Shown here piece by piece: positions 1 to 10,746 of a DNA stretch of 64,000 bases. Source of the DNA: Alphaproteobacteria bacterium. Its GTDB lineage: Bacteria > Pseudomonadota > Alphaproteobacteria > CALKHQ01. The notes under the pieces were generated by a model. That model searched no databases. It was not told the DNA's origin and saw only the letters and a list, made by a program, of their open reading frames with translations. A program made the position numbers and the translations under genes. The DNA is taken from contig CBDDFZ010000001.1 of assembly GCA_965227515.1 (NCBI GenBank), positions 3,680,001 through 3,744,000 of the forward strand, written 5' to 3'. The number at the start of each line of letters is the position of its first letter. Within the stretch, counting starts at the first letter, position 1.

Positions 1-803
1 ATAAGAAAGAACATCGCGACCGGAGGCAGCGCGGCCACAATGGAGCCCGCACTCATCAAGTGGTAGGCGGCCCGAAACTGTGCGTTGAACGAGGTGATGC
101 CGGCCGTGACGGGCTGGGCGTCCGGCCCCTGGGTCAGCACGACGGCCCAGAAGAAATCGTTCCAGATGAACGTAAAGATCAGAACGCTGAGCGCAGCGAT
201 CGCCGGCTTCATCAGTGGCAGCACGACGTACCAGAAGATACGCCACTCCGCGACGCCTTCGACACGCGCCGCTTCGATCAGCGGGTAAGGTAGAGCGCGG
301 ATGAAATTGCGCATGAACAGCGTGCAGAAGCCCGATTGAAAGGCGACGTGAAACAAGATCAGGCCAAGTTTGGTGTCATATAGCCCGAGATCGAGGGTGA
401 AGTCGCGTACAGGCACCATCAGGATCTGGAACGGCACGAAATTGCCAGCTACGAACATGAAGAAGATCAGCAAGTTGGATCGAAACTTGTAGATACCAAG
501 GGCGAAACCGGCCATGCACGACAGCGCAACGGCACCTATTACCGTTGGCACTGTGATGATGACCGAATTCAAGAGGTATTTGGGCATGTCGGAGTTGAAA
601 AATACTTGCCCGTAATTGTGACCGCCTTCGAACGAACTCGGCAAGCCCCAATAATTGCCCTCCGTGAAGTCGATGTCCGGCTTTATGGAGAAAATCGCGA
701 CAGCGATCAGCGGCGCCAGCCACAGGATCAGGGCCAATGGCAACAGGGATTGATAGCTGACCTGCCAGCCCCGAGAGGCCTGCTGAATGGGGCGTGGAAA
801 CAT
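1..803 (-). CDS. Carbohydrate ABC transporter permease (MalG-like), 3' end runs off the window
   Basis: Not in the ORF track (no stop inside window). ATG at 803, just after the upstream permease stop. Translates MFPRPIQQASRGWQVSYQSLLPLALILWLAP...FMRNFIRALPLPLIEAARVEG (EAA loop)...WNDFFWAVVLT. Confidence 0.9.
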   Translation of the reverse strand, partial: MFPRPIQQASRGWQVSYQSLLPLALILWLAPLIAVAIFSIKPDIDFTEGNYWGLPSSFEGGHNYGQVFFNSDMPKYLLNSVIITVPTVIGAVALSCMAGFALGIYKFRSNLLIFFMFVAGNFVPFQILMVPVRDFTLDLGLYDTKLGLILFHVAFQSGFCTLFMRNFIRALPYPLIEAARVEGVAEWRIFWYVVLPLMKPAIAALSVLIFTFIWNDFFWAVVLTQGPDAQPVTAGITSFNAQFRAAYHLMSAGSIVAALPPVAMFFL

Positions 804-804
804 C

Positions 805-1752
805 TCAGCGGACCTTCTCTTCTTTCCACATGGAGTAGAGGAAATAGGCGATGAAGAACAACATGATGACGAACAACACCACCGCGATGGCCGCGCCATA
901 TCCCATACGGAACCCGTATTCCGACAGCGCTTTTTCGAACATGTAGAACGACAGTACGCGGGTCTGACCGAACGGCCCGCCATTCGTCATAATGGCGATA
1001 AGGTCGAAGGACCTCAGCGCGCCAATGATCGTGACCACAAAGGCGATGAAGGTCGCGGGCTTCAGTTGGGGCACGATGATGTACCACAGCATGCGCCATC
1101 CCTTGGCCCCGTCCAGTCGCCCGGCTTCAATCTGCTCCGGGTCAACGGCGTTCAGGCCGGTCAGGTACAGAATCATGCAGTAGGCGGTCTGTGGCCACAG
1201 GCCAGCGGCAATGATGCCATAGGTGGCGAGTTCAGGGTCGCCAAGCACATTCAGCGTGCCCAGCCCCAGGCCTTCCAGAATGCTGTTCAGTAAGCCAAAC
1301 GTCGGATCATAAAACCAAGTGAACACCAGGCCGACCACAACTTGGCTGATCACAAATGGGAAGAAAAAGAGCGACTTGTATAGGCGAATCCCGACGACGG
1401 TTTGATTAAGGAACAAAGCAATGAACAGGCCGGCCGGGATGGCCAGCAAATACAGGATCAGCCACTTGAAGTTATTCCACAGTGAGACCTCGAAGGCCCC
1501 GTCTTCCATCAACTCGCTGTAGTTATCGAGGCCGACATACTCCGCCTCGCCCAGACCATCCCAATCGTATAGCGAGATCGAGAAGCTGTCGTAGATCGGA
1601 ATGATGACATAGAAGGCAAAAAACAGGATTGCCGGCGCCAGGAACAACCAAGGCGTGATCGCGATTTCGTTGCGTTTGTACCACCCGCGCTGCTGCGGGC
1701 CTGGCGCCCCGCCAGCGTCGGCTTGCGTATCGGGCATTGTTGCAACAGACAT
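805..1752 (-). CDS. Carbohydrate ABC transporter permease (MalF-like)
   Basis: 315 aa, multiple TM segments, EAA motif EQIEAGRLDGA, TNGGP motif. Confidence 0.93.
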   Translation of the reverse strand: MSVATMPDTQADAGGAPGPQQRGWYKRNEIAITPWLFLAPAILFFAFYVIIPIYDSFSISLYDWDGLGEAEYVGLDNYSELMEDGAFEVSLWNNFKWLILYLLAIPAGLFIALFLNQTVVGIRLYKSLFFFPFVISQVVVGLVFTWFYDPTFGLLNSILEGLGLGTLNVLGDPELATYGIIAAGLWPQTAYCMILYLTGLNAVDPEQIEAGRLDGAKGWRMLWYIIVPQLKPATFIAFVVTIIGALRSFDLIAIMTNGGPFGQTRVLSFYMFEKALSEYGFRMGYGAAIAVVLFVIMLFFIAYFLYSMWKEEKVR

Positions 1753-1840
1753 CAGCGTGCTCCCGGATTATTCGGCGCAAGCGCAGGGCTTGGTGGGCGG
1801 CAACGGCTACAGAGTGGTTTGGACGGCGGTTCCCTCGTCC

Positions 1841-1879
1841 AAAAAGGGGGGATCGGGCCTCAGGACGACGCCCGATCCC
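1841..1879 (-). terminator. Stem-loop/terminator after SBP gene
   Basis: GGGATCGGGC...GCCCGATCCC stem followed by CCCTTTTT on the - strand, just downstream of the SBP stop. Confidence 0.6.
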
Positions 1880-1891
1880 AGGTCGAGAGGT

Positions 1892-3151
1892 TTACTCGTA
1901 AACGCGCTCGGCAACGCTCTCCAGGCGGTTCAGGATGTCATCCAGATTGTCCGGAAACACCATGAACTCCTGCAGGCCCTGCATGGCCTCGGCCGCCATC
2001 TCCGCTGGGAAGTCGCGGTCGAAGAACTGCGCAACACCGCCCGGGCTATTGGATGACAACATCTCGAATCCTTCGTTCAAGAACTTGTCGTCGTCCACGG
2101 AAGACAGCGCGTTGACCGGCAGCTGGCCAAGGTTCTCGCCATTGTTGATCATGGTCTGCACGTCGGCCGATACCACGAATCGCAGAAACTCGCGCGCAGC
2201 TTCCTTGTTGGAAGCGTTGGAGGGGATGTGGAAAGTATCAGTCGGCGCGTCTTCCGCCATTTCGACGTCCGGATTGATCGCCGGGAACTGGAAGAAGTCC
2301 AGCTTGCTGTCGTCCAGACCGGCTTCGCGCAGCGGCGCTACAGCAAAGTTTCCGATCAGGATGCCAGCCGAGTCACCGGAAACGATGAAGGGCAGCGACT
2401 CCTGCCAGCTGTAGGTCTGGTGGTTCTCGACATAGGCACCCATGTCGATGAGCTGGCGCCAATTCGCGAACGTCTCGCGGACCCGGTCGTCGGTCCAGCT
2501 CACCTCGCCGGCGGCGAGCTGCATGTGGAAGTCGAACCCGTGGGTGCGCAAATTGATGTAGTCGAACCAACCGCCTGCGGTCCAAAGGAACTTGGTGCCG
2601 ATGGTAAAGCAGCTACGGCCGGAATCGATGATCGCCTGGCAATTGGCAATGAACTCATCCCACGTCGCCGGCTCGGTCAGGCCCAGTTCCTCGTATATGT
2701 CCTTCCGGTAGTACACGCCCCACTGATAGTAGGTGTAGGGCACGCCCCACTGGCTGCCGTCGATGGTCAGGGCGCCCTTGGTCGAGGCCAGATTCTCGGC
2801 GATCTCCGGCTCCTGCCACAGGTCTGACACATCCTCAAACAGGCCGGCGTTCACATATGGCGCCATGCGATTGGCTGCGTACCAGGTCGCCACATCCGGC
2901 GCATCGGCCGTCAAGAAGTTGCGAATCTGGGTCTTATACGCCTCGCGATCGATCACCGTCGTCTCGATGTTCAGATCGGGATGCATTTCCTGGAACTGAG
3001 CGATAACAGCTTCCATCGTCGCCCGTGGTGCCGGGTTGGACGTGTCCAGGAAGATATTAAGATCGCCGGACAGAGACTGCGCATAGGCGCCACCTGTCAG
3101 AAGCGTTGACGCCGCAAGTGCCGCGGCTGACCATTTAGTTCTATTTAGCAA
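1892..3151 (-). CDS. Sugar ABC transporter substrate-binding protein (probably alpha-galactoside/raffinose type)
   Basis: SBP family 1 features; TTG start at 3151 preceded by GAGGAGG; signal peptide ending AYA-Q; near GH4 alpha-galactosidase. Confidence 0.88.
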   Translation of the reverse strand: MLNRTKWSAAALAASTLLTGGAYAQSLSGDLNIFLDTSNPAPRATMEAVIAQFQEMHPDLNIETTVIDREAYKTQIRNFLTADAPDVATWYAANRMAPYVNAGLFEDVSDLWQEPEIAENLASTKGALTIDGSQWGVPYTYYQWGVYYRKDIYEELGLTEPATWDEFIANCQAIIDSGRSCFTIGTKFLWTAGGWFDYINLRTHGFDFHMQLAAGEVSWTDDRVRETFANWRQLIDMGAYVENHQTYSWQESLPFIVSGDSAGILIGNFAVAPLREAGLDDSKLDFFQFPAINPDVEMAEDAPTDTFHIPSNASNKEAAREFLRFVVSADVQTMINNGENLGQLPVNALSSVDDDKFLNEGFEMLSSNSPGGVAQFFDRDFPAEMAAEAMQGLQEFMVFPDNLDDILNRLESVAERVYE

Positions 3152-3346
3152 GACTTCCTCCTCGTCGTTCCGCCGAAAATTGTCCGGCAGTTTGATTGCA
3201 GAAAACCTGGACAGCCTTCGCACTGAACGTTCCTCCCGGTCCAGCTGCACTCAAATCAATCCAACACGGATTTTTACTGAAGGCCGAGGTATTACAATAC
3301 CCCAATCTACATTGTCCGCTTGAGTTCTTTTGTTCCCCGCCTTGTA

Positions 3347-4401
<1,055 letters not shown>

Positions 4402-4405
<4 letters not shown>

Positions 4406-4584
4406 CGTCGGTTCGTCCCGGGGCGTTGCATTGTTTGCTTGGGTGTCGGCGTGGAATGTCGTCGTGCCGCAACGGCGCGGCCGACAAGCGACAGGCAGTC
4501 GGGAGCCACACTCCCCTGCGGCGCCTGGGCGGCGTCGACCAATCTGGCGCAATCGTCCAATCTAAGGTTGACCGGTACGGCCAA
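4402..4584 (-). pseudogene. 60-codon ORF with strong RBS, coupled to the ATPase; possible gene remnant
   Basis: GGGAGG 5 nt before TTG at 4584; its TGA overlaps the ATPase ATG (ATGA at 4402-4405); no recognisable full domain. Confidence 0.3.
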
Positions 4585-4858
4585 GATGTCCTCCCACGAC
4601 CGCGATTTCTATTGACGCCGTTCTTGTGGCGAACGGTCTTTTGATCGTCGGTCTTCGTTTATTGCAGGACCACTTATATCGCAGGCCCTTTAGCCGCACC
4701 AGAACCGGCGGCGACATGCTGTCACAGTCGGGGTTGTCGGCGCGCCGGTCTTCTCATCGGCTGTAATTTGATTCCTGAATTGTAAGATGTCGGCGCATCG
4801 CCGCTTGCACGCACGTCATTTGGGCGTTTACCGTCTAGGCACATAGGGTGCGGTTGAA

Positions 4859-5779
4859 GTGTCCCAACCGCCAGTCGATCTCAGGGAAGGGGACATGCTC
4901 TACGACGGCATTGGCATTGGCCGGGACGGCGAGCCGCCGTTGGTCATCGAGCGGCACCGGGCAGCACCGATGCCGGAGACCCATTGGCACAGCCATGTCG
5001 AGGTCAACTACCTGGCCGCGGCCGCCATGACCTATGCCATCGGCGGGCGCGAGGTTGAGGTGCCGTCGCGCCGCATCGCCCTGTTCTGGGCCGCGGTCCC
5101 GCACCAGGTCGTGGCGGTCGGCGACGATAGCGAGATCGCCATCGCCTACCTGCCCCTGCAGGAATTCATGCGCTGGCCGCTGCCGCTGGGCTTTCGCCAT
5201 GCCGTGCTGCACGGCGACTTCGTCGTCGCCGACAGGGGTGAGGCCGCGGATGCCGCTGACTTCGCGCGCTGGCAGCGCGACTGCCAGTCCGGCGACGGCC
5301 GCATGGTGCAGCAGGCGCTGGCAGAGATACACTTGCGCCTGAAACGGATGGCCCTGTCGGGCTGGGGTGTCGCCGGCGCGGCCGATGTCGCCTGGCAAGC
5401 CCCTGACGGACCGTCGTCGCGCGGGCTGACCCATGTAGAGGCGATGGCGACATTCATCGCCGCCAACTACGAGGATCCGATCCGCATCGAGGATATCGCC
5501 AACCATGTCGGCCTGCACCCGAACTATGCAATGAACCTGTTCAAGCGCCTGGTCGGCATGCCGGTGTCGCATTATCTCACCCGGCACCGGCTGAGCCACG
5601 CCCAGGCATTGCTGGCCGACACTGACCGCAAAATCCTGGACGTGGCGATGGAGTGCGGCTTCGGCTCGCTCAGCCGGTTCTACGAGGCCTTTCGCTGCCG
5701 CTTCGGCGTGACCCCGAAGCAATACCGCAGCGCGTGGCGGCGCTCCGACCGGGAGCCCGGCTACGCGGGCTCGCAATGA
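4859..5779 (+). CDS. melR: AraC-family regulator, MelR-like
   Basis: N-terminal HWHSHVEVNY (MelR-type), C-terminal AraC HTH (LHPNYAMNLFK...ECGFGSLSRFYEAF); convergent with melA. Confidence 0.8.
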   Translation: MSQPPVDLREGDMLYDGIGIGRDGEPPLVIERHRAAPMPETHWHSHVEVNYLAAAAMTYAIGGREVEVPSRRIALFWAAVPHQVVAVGDDSEIAIAYLPLQEFMRWPLPLGFRHAVLHGDFVVADRGEAADAADFARWQRDCQSGDGRMVQQALAEIHLRLKRMALSGWGVAGAADVAWQAPDGPSSRGLTHVEAMATFIAANYEDPIRIEDIANHVGLHPNYAMNLFKRLVGMPVSHYLTRHRLSHAQALLADTDRKILDVAMECGFGSLSRFYEAFRCRFGVTPKQYRSAWRRSDREPGYAGSQ

Positions 5780-5783
5780 CGCG

Positions 5784-5910
5784 CTAGATCGGGATCAGCT
5801 TACGCTGAATCTGCCCAGCCCTCACCCCCACCCGGCCACCCACGAATGTATCCTGTCTGGGTGGCCGGGTGGGGGTGAGGGCTGGTACCGACTGAAATGA
5901 TCATGCGCTA
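5784..5910 (-). repeat. ~127-bp palindromic MITE/RIME-like element, copy 1
   Basis: Long hairpin CCCTCACCCCCACCCGGCCACCC...GGGTGGCCGGGTGGGGGTGAGGG; reverse complement closely matches 40985-41110; terminal TAG is the melA stop. Confidence 0.85.
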
Positions 5911-7221
5911 CCTTAGCGCCGGCATCCAGTTGCCGTGGGCGGCGATCAGGTCGTCGACCAGCGCCCAGATCTGATCCAGGTCCAGTTCCGCCGCCGTGTG
6001 CGGGTCCAGCATGGCGGCGTGGTAGACGTGCTTGCGCTTACCCGTCGCCAGCGCCTCCACCACCAGCGACTGCACGTTGATCTGGGTTTGCATCATCGCC
6101 GTCAGGTGGGGCGGCAGCGCGCCGACCCGATGCGGGTGGACGCCGGTGCGGTCGACGGTGCACGGCACCTCCACACAGGCGTCAGCCGGCAGATTGTCGA
6201 TCAGGCCGGCATTGGGCACGTTGCCGTTGAAGACATACGGCACACCGGTGGTCGCCGCCTCCATGATCGCGGCGGCGAACTCACAACTCCGCTCCAGGGC
6301 CAGCGGCTTGCCCGCGAGCACCTCGTCGGCGCTCGCCTGCCACTCCGCGACCTGCGCCTCGCAGCGGCGCGGGTACTCGTCGAGCGGGATGTTGAAGCGC
6401 TCGATCAGGTCCGGCCGGTCGCGCTTGATGAACCAGGGCACGTATTCCGCGAAGTGCTCGCTGGACTCGGTGACGAAATAGCCGGTGCGCTTCAACAGCT
6501 CGTAGCGCACGCGGTTGTCGTCGGGCACACCGCCATTGGCCGCCACCGCCTGCAATCGGGGATACAGGTCTTCGACGTGGCCGTCGGCGTGATGCTTCTC
6601 GAACCGGGTGTAGAACGCCATGTGGTTGATGCCGGCGCACTCGTAAGCAATGTCGTCGACCGCCTCGCCGAGGTCCTCGGCCAGATCCATCGCGGTGAGC
6701 TGCACGCTGTGGCAGAGCCCGACCACCTTGATGTCGGGGGCAAGCCGCGCCAGCGCCCAGCAGTTGATCGCCATCGGATTGACGTACTGCAGCATCAGCG
6801 CATCGGGGCACAGCCGGCGCATGTCCGCGGCGATGTCCAGCAGAACCGGGGCGGTGCGCAGGCCGCGCATGATGCCGCCCACCCCCAGTGTGTCGCCGAT
6901 GGTCTGGCGCAGGCCGTATTTCTTCGGCACCTCGAAGTCGGTCACCGTGCACGGCTCGTAGCCGCCGACCTGGATCATCAGGATCACGAAGTCGGCGCCG
7001 TCCAGGCAGCGCACGCGGTCCGTGCTGGCGAATATCGTGGGCGTGGCATCGGCAGCCTCGGCCATGCGCCGCGCCACCTGTTCCGACACGTCAAGGCGGC
7101 CGGCGTCTATGTCGTGCAGGGCAATCGTCGCCGACTTCAGCGCAGGGGTCTGCAACACGTCGGCCACGATGCGCCGCATGAACACGGTGCTGCCGGCCCC
7201 GATGATAGCAATGTGCGGCAC
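5908..7221 (-). CDS. melA: GH4 NAD+/Mn-dependent alpha-galactosidase
   Basis: IIGAGS NAD motif, QTIGDTLGVGGIMRGLRT, YVNPMA, GLCHS, AGINHMA, TESSEHFAEYVPWF. Confidence 0.9.
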   Translation of the reverse strand: MPHIAIIGAGSTVFMRRIVADVLQTPALKSATIALHDIDAGRLDVSEQVARRMAEAADATPTIFASTDRVRCLDGADFVILMIQVGGYEPCTVTDFEVPKKYGLRQTIGDTLGVGGIMRGLRTAPVLLDIAADMRRLCPDALMLQYVNPMAINCWALARLAPDIKVVGLCHSVQLTAMDLAEDLGEAVDDIAYECAGINHMAFYTRFEKHHADGHVEDLYPRLQAVAANGGVPDDNRVRYELLKRTGYFVTESSEHFAEYVPWFIKRDRPDLIERFNIPLDEYPRRCEAQVAEWQASADEVLAGKPLALERSCEFAAAIMEAATTGVPYVFNGNVPNAGLIDNLPADACVEVPCTVDRTGVHPHRVGALPPHLTAMMQTQINVQSLVVEALATGKRKHVYHAAMLDPHTAAELDLDQIWALVDDLIAAHGNWMPALR

Positions 7222-7326
7222 GAATGCCCCCGGCTTGTGGATATCTGGTCGTGAATGTGCGGCGGTTAGCTAAGCGCCTCACCCGCCCGGCGGTCTTATC
7301 GCCGCCGCCGCAACACTTCCTGAAAT

Positions 7327-8271
7327 CTAAGCCGCACCATCCGGCATCTCATCGTGCTTCAGGTTCAGCCAGTCGAGGTGTTGCTGTGCCAACTCGACCT
7401 TGAAGGCGGCCATGCTGTCGTTCAGTTCGTCGATCGAGCGCGGGCCGATCAGCGCGTAGGACGGGAACGGCTGGCACAGCACATAGGCGGCGGCGACGTG
7501 CGCGGCCTCGACGCCGAAGCGCGATGCCAAGGCCGCGGCACGCCTGCGGCGCTCCCGGTTGTCGGCGCTGTCGAAACAGTCGTCCGGCCGGGTGCCCTCC
7601 GGCAGCGCGGCCATCGCGCCGGCATCCTGGTAGAAGTAGCCGCGGGCCTGCGAGGACCACGAAAAGTGGGTCATCTGGGTCTCGGTCAGGAACGCCAGCG
7701 TCGCGTCATCGGACGAGGAAATGCAGCCATCCCACACCGGGCGCTGCATGTGCGCCAGCGACAGGTTGTTGTTGAGGATGGCGAAGCCCTGCTTACCGCT
7801 GCGCGCGGCATAGTCGTTGGCGGCCTGCATCCGGCCGACGGTCCAGTTGGAGCCGCCGAACACCGTGACCAGCCCGGCGTCGACCTGAGCGTTCAGCACG
7901 TCGACAAACTCGTCGACCGGCACATCCGCATTGTCGCGATGCATGATGAAGATCGGCGCGCGCGGCAGTTGCAGCCGGTCGAGCGACTCATGCAGCTGCG
8001 CGACCAGTGCCTCCGGGTTGCAGTTCGGCGTGTGCGCGCCCTTGACGACGACCACGGTCCGGTCGGCAACGCCTGCATGCTTCAGCCAGGCCCCCAGCGC
8101 GCGCTCGCACGCCCCGTTCTGATAGATGTGCGCGGTGTCGAACGTGGTGCCGCCGCATGCCAGGAACGCATCCCAGATCGGCGCCCCCTCCTCCATCGTC
8201 AGCTTGTTGTCGCAGCCGAGGATCAGCTTCGACACATCGACATCCAGGCCAGCCGGCCTTCCGTATTGCAT
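7327..8271 (-). CDS. Aldo/keto reductase
   Basis: FDTAHIY, VVKGAH, MHRD, GGSNW, WSSQARG motifs; ATG at 8271 with GGAGA RBS. Confidence 0.85.
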   Translation of the reverse strand: MQYGRPAGLDVDVSKLILGCDNKLTMEEGAPIWDAFLACGGTTFDTAHIYQNGACERALGAWLKHAGVADRTVVVVKGAHTPNCNPEALVAQLHESLDRLQLPRAPIFIMHRDNADVPVDEFVDVLNAQVDAGLVTVFGGSNWTVGRMQAANDYAARSGKQGFAILNNNLSLAHMQRPVWDGCISSSDDATLAFLTETQMTHFSWSSQARGYFYQDAGAMAALPEGTRPDDCFDSADNRERRRRAAALASRFGVEAAHVAAAYVLCQPFPSYALIGPRSIDELNDSMAAFKVELAQQHLDWLNLKHDEMPDGAA

Positions 8272-8305
8272 GGCGTCTCCAATGAGGAACAAGCGCGGGC
8301 GATGA

Positions 8306-8338
8306 CCCGCCAGCGACCGCTACGACTGCGCTGGCGGG
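8306..8338. terminator. GC-rich hairpin downstream of the CIMS-like gene
   Basis: CCCGCCAGCG...CGCTGGCGGG inverted repeat; no clear U-tract. Confidence 0.4.
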
Positions 8339-8389
8339 GCGGGCAATGTCAATGGCAATGGGTCAACCAAGGCTCAGACAAAAACGCGA

Positions 8390-9523
8390 TCAGAGTGCCG
8401 CTCCGGCGCGGCGCGCGCCCTCGCCCAACGTGGCCAGCTTGGCATAGGCGATCTCGGGGTCGATGGCGCCGAAGCCGGCAAAGGTGCCGAAACCGCAATC
8501 GGTGCCGGCAATCACGCGCTCGGGCCCGACGATGTCGACGAACCGCGAGATACGCTCGGCGACCAGGCTCGGGTGCTCGACGAAATTGGTCGTGGTGTCG
8601 ATGACACCGGGCACCAGCACCGTGTCCGCCGGAATGTCGGCGGCCCGGTCCGCGATCACCCGCCATTCGTGCCCGTGGCGCGGGTTGGCGGTCTCGAACA
8701 GCAGATACTGCGCGCGCACGCTCATCAGTACGTCGAGCACGCGCTCCAGGCCGATATCGCAAACGTGGGGACCTTCGTAATTGCCCCAGCAGATATGCAC
8801 CCGCACCCGGTCGCGCGGCACGTTGCGCAACGCTTGGTTCAATGCCGCCACGTTGGTGCGCGCCTCTGCCACGAAGGCGTCGTCGGACAGGTCCTGGAAC
8901 ATCATGTGCCGGGAGAGCGCCAGGTCCGGGCAGTCGAGCTGCAGGTCGAGCCCGGCGGCGGCGATGGCTTCGTACTCGGCGGCCATGGCCTCGGCCAGCG
9001 CTTCCAGATACGCCTGCCGGCTGGGGTAGTGCTGGTTGGGCAGGAACAGCGAAATGACGCCGGGGGACGCGGCGTTCATGAAGCCCCGTTCCACGCCATT
9101 CGCCGCCATGGCGGCTTTCAGGCGCGCGATGTCGGCCTCCAGCTCCCCGGTGTCCTTCGAGGTGACCGGGCCGGTGCACTGTGGGCGCGCGTATTTCGGC
9201 GTGGCGCCGCTGGCGGCCAGGCGCTTCAGGAACGAGGGGAACTGCTGCAGGTCGGCCGGCGGGCTGCGCGGCGTGTCGCCGGAAAAGCCCGTGTAGCGGT
9301 CCTTCACATAGGTGGCGTAGGAGATTTTCGACATCTCGCCGTCGGACACGATGTCGATGCCGGCATCGCGCTGCCGTCCCACCGCTTCAGTGACCGCTTC
9401 GTCCAGTGCGGCATCGAAGGCGGCCTGGTCGACGGCCTCGCCATTCTCGCGCGCGAAAATCTGGTCGACGACCGCTTGGGGGCGCGGCAGCGAGCCGACA
9501 TGCGTGGTCAGGATTTTCGGCAT
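8390..9523 (-). CDS. Cobalamin-independent methionine synthase II family (stand-alone C-terminal Zn domain; epoxyalkane:CoM-transferase-like family)
   Basis: TTHVGSLPRP, SDGE, Zn ligands HICWGN, E in FETAN, GTDCGFG; 377 aa, no N-terminal MetE barrel. Confidence 0.85.
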   Translation of the reverse strand: MPKILTTHVGSLPRPQAVVDQIFARENGEAVDQAAFDAALDEAVTEAVGRQRDAGIDIVSDGEMSKISYATYVKDRYTGFSGDTPRSPPADLQQFPSFLKRLAASGATPKYARPQCTGPVTSKDTGELEADIARLKAAMAANGVERGFMNAASPGVISLFLPNQHYPSRQAYLEALAEAMAAEYEAIAAAGLDLQLDCPDLALSRHMMFQDLSDDAFVAEARTNVAALNQALRNVPRDRVRVHICWGNYEGPHVCDIGLERVLDVLMSVRAQYLLFETANPRHGHEWRVIADRAADIPADTVLVPGVIDTTTNFVEHPSLVAERISRFVDIVGPERVIAGTDCGFGTFAGFGAIDPEIAYAKLATLGEGARRAGAAL

Positions 9524-9563
9524 GGTTCCATCATTCTTTGCTCTGATCTCTCATACCCAACCT

Positions 9564-9742
9564 CGTCACCCTCGCGCTTGTCGCGAGGGTCCATTGGCGT
9601 GGCAGGCGCCATGTTGCGCATCGCATGCTCGAACTCTGACCCGCATCGAACATGCCAGCCTTCCCCTGTCGCTATTTCCTCATTGGAGGCGAAAGGGCCT
9701 CGGCGCTGAAATGGGTCCTCGCCACGAGGGCGAGGACGACAA
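9564..9742. repeat. REP-type inverted repeat pair (family B)
   Basis: GTCACCCTCGCGCTTGTCGCGAGGGTCCAT ... ATGGGTCCTCGCCACGAGGGCGAGGACGAC; same family as 26069-26240. Confidence 0.75.
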
Positions 9743-9765
9743 TCGTAGGAACTGTTTCATCGCGA

Positions 9766-10746
9766 TCACTCCCGTGTCGGGCCGGCGTCGTCGCCGGTCT
9801 TGCGCACGCGGAACAAGGCGGTCTCCCCGTTCATGGTCGGCGCAAGGCTTCGCTCGACACCGGCGGGCAGTGAGCACACGTCGCCCGGCGCCAGCGTGGC
9901 GGCGGCGCCGTTGGTGGCGACACGCCAGTGCCCGCGATGCACCATCAAGACCTCGTGCCGGTCGGGCGTGTAGGGCGCGCCCTCGCCGTCTTGCCCGCTT
10001 TGCAGGAACGCGACCTCGAAGCCGGTGCGGTCACGGATCATCGTGGAGTTGCCGGTGCCGATGACGGTCGCTGGCACGTCCGCCGACAATGCCTTCATGT
10101 CCCAGTAGCGGCGCACGAAACGGGGCACGACATCGGCGGCGGGCGTTTCCGGGAATTCGGCCAACTCCGCGTCGGTCAACAGCGGCATCGGGGCCACGCC
10201 GTCCGGCAGCCGTTCGCCCTTGGCGGTGTCATAGAGCCGTCCGGTCTCCGCCAGCACCAGGCCATGCTCCCGCGCCGCCTCGATGACGTGGGGCGCCCAC
10301 ACAACCCCGCCACCGGCGTCGTCGCCGCCCAGGATCGACATGATCATCCCGTAGTCGGTGCCGATGTTCTCGAACCCGCGGAAGATGCCCGTGGGAATAT
10401 CGAAGATGTCGCCTTCTTCCAGCACCACCTCGCCAGCGGCGCCGTGCAGGCCCCAGAAGAAGCGCCAGCGCCCATGCAGAACGAAGAACACCTCGGCGGT
10501 GCGGTGGGAGTGCATGGAATTCTTGCAGCCCGGCGGTTGGCCGGCGGCGCCGATGTTGAAGCCCGGCGTGTCGTGCAGGTGCACGTGCTGGTCGGTGCTC
10601 TCCGAAACGCCGGCGCCGATGATGGTGAAGTTCTCCTTGCGGTCGGAACCAGGCGTGTGCGCGTCGATGAAGGCGGTGCGGCACGGCTTCAGGTCGCCAT
10701 AGCGCACGATGCGGGATTCAAGCTCGGACGGCGTCATGGCGGTCAT
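9766..10746 (-). CDS. Cupin-domain protein (probable bicupin)
   Basis: Cupin motif 1 SMHSHRTAEVFFVLHGRW, motif 2 GDIFDIPTGIFRGFEN; second degenerate cupin HEVLMVHRGHW...LAPGDVCSLPAG. Confidence 0.8.
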   Translation of the reverse strand: MTAMTPSELESRIVRYGDLKPCRTAFIDAHTPGSDRKENFTIIGAGVSESTDQHVHLHDTPGFNIGAAGQPPGCKNSMHSHRTAEVFFVLHGRWRFFWGLHGAAGEVVLEEGDIFDIPTGIFRGFENIGTDYGMIMSILGGDDAGGGVVWAPHVIEAAREHGLVLAETGRLYDTAKGERLPDGVAPMPLLTDAELAEFPETPAADVVPRFVRRYWDMKALSADVPATVIGTGNSTMIRDRTGFEVAFLQSGQDGEGAPYTPDRHEVLMVHRGHWRVATNGAAATLAPGDVCSLPAGVERSLAPTMNGETALFRVRKTGDDAGPTRE

